7,620 nucleotides of DNA from Patescibacteria group bacterium. Lineage in GTDB: Bacteria; Patescibacteriota; Patescibacteriia; UBA2591; UBA6264. Position 1 is the stretch's first letter; each line of letters begins with the position of its first letter. Where the stretch lies: assembly GCA_028713575.1 (NCBI GenBank), contig JAQTOB010000003.1, positions 73,026 through 80,645 of the forward strand, read 5' to 3'. The position numbers were made by a program, and so were the translations under genes. The notes under the pieces are model-generated. The model had not been told where the DNA came from and ran no database searches. It saw only the letters and a list, made by a program, of their open reading frames with translations. This document shows, in pieces, positions 5,974-7,620 of this stretch.

Positions 5974-6000
5974 ATAGATAATTAACTAAACCATATTAAG
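5958..6000. promoter_or_regulatory. 10-bp perfect inverted repeat bracketing the -10 and the leader of the Fic gene
   Basis: CTTAATATGG (5958-5967) and CCATATTAAG (5991-6000) are separated by 23 nt. The left arm overlaps the spacer and TG of the extended -10. The right arm ends 7 nt before the ATG. Confidence 0.6.
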
Positions 6001-6007
6001 TGTTTTT

Positions 6008-6961
6008 ATGACTTATTTATCTCCTATAGTAAAAAAACGTTTGGAAGAAAAACTTACCAAACTTAATAAACTTCGACCATTACCGAAGTCCGCGATACAA
6101 AAATTACGAGAGAAATTTCAAATAGAAATGACCTATAATTCAAACGCCATTGAAGGTAACTCTTTGACCCTAAAAGAGACTTTTTTGGTTATCAACGAGG
6201 GCATAACGGTCAAAGGAAAACCTTTAAAAGATCACTTGGAAGCGAAAGATCACTATGCCGCGCTGGAATATCTATATGACCTGATAGATAAGAACAAAAA
6301 ACATACCATCTCTGAAATGCTTATACAAAATTTGCATCAAATTATTATTCAGGAAACTGATAAAAAGTGGGCTGGACGATACAGAAATGCCAATGTTATT
6401 ATAGGCGGAGCAAAACACACGCCACCAGATGCATTACAGGTGCCACAAAAAATGATAAATTTAATCAGTTGGCTTAAGACACAGAAAAATAAAATAAATA
6501 TTATTGAACTTTCTGCTCTACTACATCATAAATTGGTTCATATTCACCCATTTTTTGACGGCAATGGCAGAACCGCGCGTTTAACAATGAATTTACTGCT
6601 CATGCAAACAGGCTATCCCCTTGTCATTATTTTGAAAAACGATCGTAAAAAATATTATGATGTGTTGGGAAAAGCAGATAGTGGAAAATACGAACCCCTG
6701 GTAAAATTTATCGCCCAATCCGTAGAGCGTTCACTTGATATTTATCTGAAAACCTTAACGCCAGCAACGATAAAACAAGAAAAATTTATTTCACTGACTG
6801 AAATATCTAAAACCACATCTTTCTCTGCAAAATATTTAAATCTACTGGCAAGGCAAGGAAAATTGGAAGCATATAAAGAAGGCAGAAATTGGTTGACTTC
6901 AAGAGAAGCGGTTGAGCGATATCTGAAAAATAGAACTCGACAAAGAAAAAAAGGGAAATAA
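6008..6961 (+). CDS. Class II Fic-domain protein (AMPylase-type) with N-terminal inhibitory motif and C-terminal excisionase/MerR-like HTH
   Basis: 317-aa ORF with the canonical Fic motif HPFFDGNGRTARL. The N-terminal SNAIEG matches the auto-inhibitory [ST]xxxE[GN] motif placed as in class II Fic proteins. The C-terminal ISLTEISKTTSFSAKYLNLLARQGKLEAYKEGRNWLTSREAVERYL resembles HTH_17/excisionase-type DNA-binding domains. Confidence 0.9.
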   Translation: MTYLSPIVKKRLEEKLTKLNKLRPLPKSAIQKLREKFQIEMTYNSNAIEGNSLTLKETFLVINEGITVKGKPLKDHLEAKDHYAALEYLYDLIDKNKKHTISEMLIQNLHQIIIQETDKKWAGRYRNANVIIGGAKHTPPDALQVPQKMINLISWLKTQKNKINIIELSALLHHKLVHIHPFFDGNGRTARLTMNLLLMQTGYPLVIILKNDRKKYYDVLGKADSGKYEPLVKFIAQSVERSLDIYLKTLTPATIKQEKFISLTEISKTTSFSAKYLNLLARQGKLEAYKEGRNWLTSREAVERYLKNRTRQRKKGK

Positions 6962-6969
6962 ATCAGAGC

Positions 6970-7016
6970 CTTGGCTCCAGGGCATTTATCCCCGGCTTCC
7001 CTGCCCCCACGCCAAG
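6970..7016 (+). other. C-rich bipartite hairpin immediately after the Fic stop codon
   Basis: CTTGGC (6970-6975) pairs with GCCAAG (7011-7016), and CAGGG (6978-6982) pairs with CCCTG (6999-7003). No U-tract follows, so it is not a canonical terminator. It is a GC-rich island in an AT-rich context. Confidence 0.35.
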
Positions 7017-7090
7017 ACAAAAATAAAATTTGTTCATTATAGAAAAGCGGTCTCGCTGAGGAGAGACAAAAAAGAAAGGAATACATCAGC

Positions 7091-7184
7091 TAACACGGCA
7101 TATCTGGTTCGTACTTTTCTCCGAAAAATGCTTTCCCAAATTGCTATCGCAACTTCAGATATGCCGAAACGTTATACGAAATTG
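7091..7184 (+). repeat. Structured repeat element, copy B
   Basis: Outer pair TAAC (7091-7094) / GTTA (7171-7174). Internal loop AC versus GAAAC. 10-bp stem GGCATATCTG (7097-7106) / CAGATATGCC (7156-7165). Inner hairpin AAATTGC-TATC-GCAACTT (7138-7155, one A.C mismatch). Tail GAAATT (7178-7183). Confidence 0.8.
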
Positions 7185-7205
7185 TTCTAATTTTTTACCC
7201 AATTT

Positions 7206-7620
7206 ATGAATGATATTTTTTTAGTTTTCGGGTACGGGATACCCAAGAACATTCTGAAAGACGAAAATTATAATTTTTATTTAAAAATGGTCTTTAATAA
7301 GATTTATGATTTTGTCGTAAAAAACAAAATTGTTAAACCGATAATCATTACTTGTGGCGGCGAAACGGATATGTTAAAGCCATACAAACGTACTGAAGCT
7401 GCTGAGATGATAAAATTGTTTAGTGCCTTTATTAAAGAACGACCATTTTTAAATCCAATAACCAAAAATTGGCTTTTCATTCCTGAAAATAAATCTCTTT
7501 CAACTTTGGAAAATTTATTAAACAGCAATAAGATAATTCAAAAGCAAAAAATTAAAAAGGCCAGTTTTTTCATCTTCTGCGAGCAAACATGTGAGAAGCG
7601 AATCAAAATTCTTGCCAAAA
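7206..7620 (+). CDS. DUF218 / YdcF-SanA-ElyC-like protein, 3'-truncated by the window edge
   Basis: The ORF is open from ATG 7206 to the window end (138 codons, checked by hand). An in-frame stop at 7188-7190 lies upstream, and the ORF is absent from the track because it has no stop. Motifs TCGGETD...RTEAAEM and ENKSLSTLEN fit the DUF218 pattern (GG...EA..M, E..S.[NS]T.EN). Confidence 0.6.
   Translation, partial: MNDIFLVFGYGIPKNILKDENYNFYLKMVFNKIYDFVVKNKIVKPIIITCGGETDMLKPYKRTEAAEMIKLFSAFIKERPFLNPITKNWLFIPENKSLSTLENLLNSNKIIQKQKIKKASFFIFCEQTCEKRIKILAK

Noticed and set aside
7166-7184. Xer/dif-type site. TTATACGAAAT (7172-7182) is the reverse complement of ATTTCGTATAA, which I recall from memory as the XerC arm of Acinetobacter plasmid pdif sites.
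   Set aside because: Only one 11-bp arm matches. The position where the second arm should be (GGCATATCTGA) does not resemble a XerD arm, and copy A has CCGATAA instead. It is noted as compatible with tyrosine-recombinase recognition, not called as a dif site.

Overview
AT-rich, tightly packed bacterial window. Every supportable gene is on the + strand and no start codon has a Shine-Dalgarno motif. The style (short proteins, tiny gaps, extended ribosomal protein) fits a reduced-genome lineage such as CPR/Patescibacteria, but that is a weak inference. Positions 242-4090 read as one housekeeping unit: tRNA-Val(GAC), CCA-adding enzyme, RluA-family pseudouridine synthase, guanylate kinase, ribosomal protein L19, tRNA-Leu(GAG), a displaced duplicate of the tRNA-Leu 3' end, tRNA-Ala(GGC), then an intrinsic terminator. 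Positions 4336-7620 look accessory: a lipoprotein of unknown function, a minimal nucleotidyltransferase-fold protein, a class II Fic protein with a C-terminal HTH, and a DUF218/YdcF-like gene that runs off the right edge and is missing from the ORF track. The Fic gene has its own near-consensus promoter and operator-like repeats. The most unusual signal is a ~90-nt hairpin element present twice (5149-5238 and 7091-7184), with a possible half copy at 5741-5765. The two full copies differ by compensatory base changes, bracket the NTase-Fic pair, and each sits just upstream of an accessory ORF. The architecture (TAAC...GTTA outer boxes, unpaired spacer, inner stem, variable centre) resembles integron attC sites or an unnamed structured RNA. 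No recombinase is visible in the window. The second notable signal is a 23-nt duplication of the tRNA-Leu 3' end around an 80-bp insert with inverted-repeat ends; CCA is encoded only on the displaced copy. All calls come from reading the sequence and motifs by eye; no searches were run.
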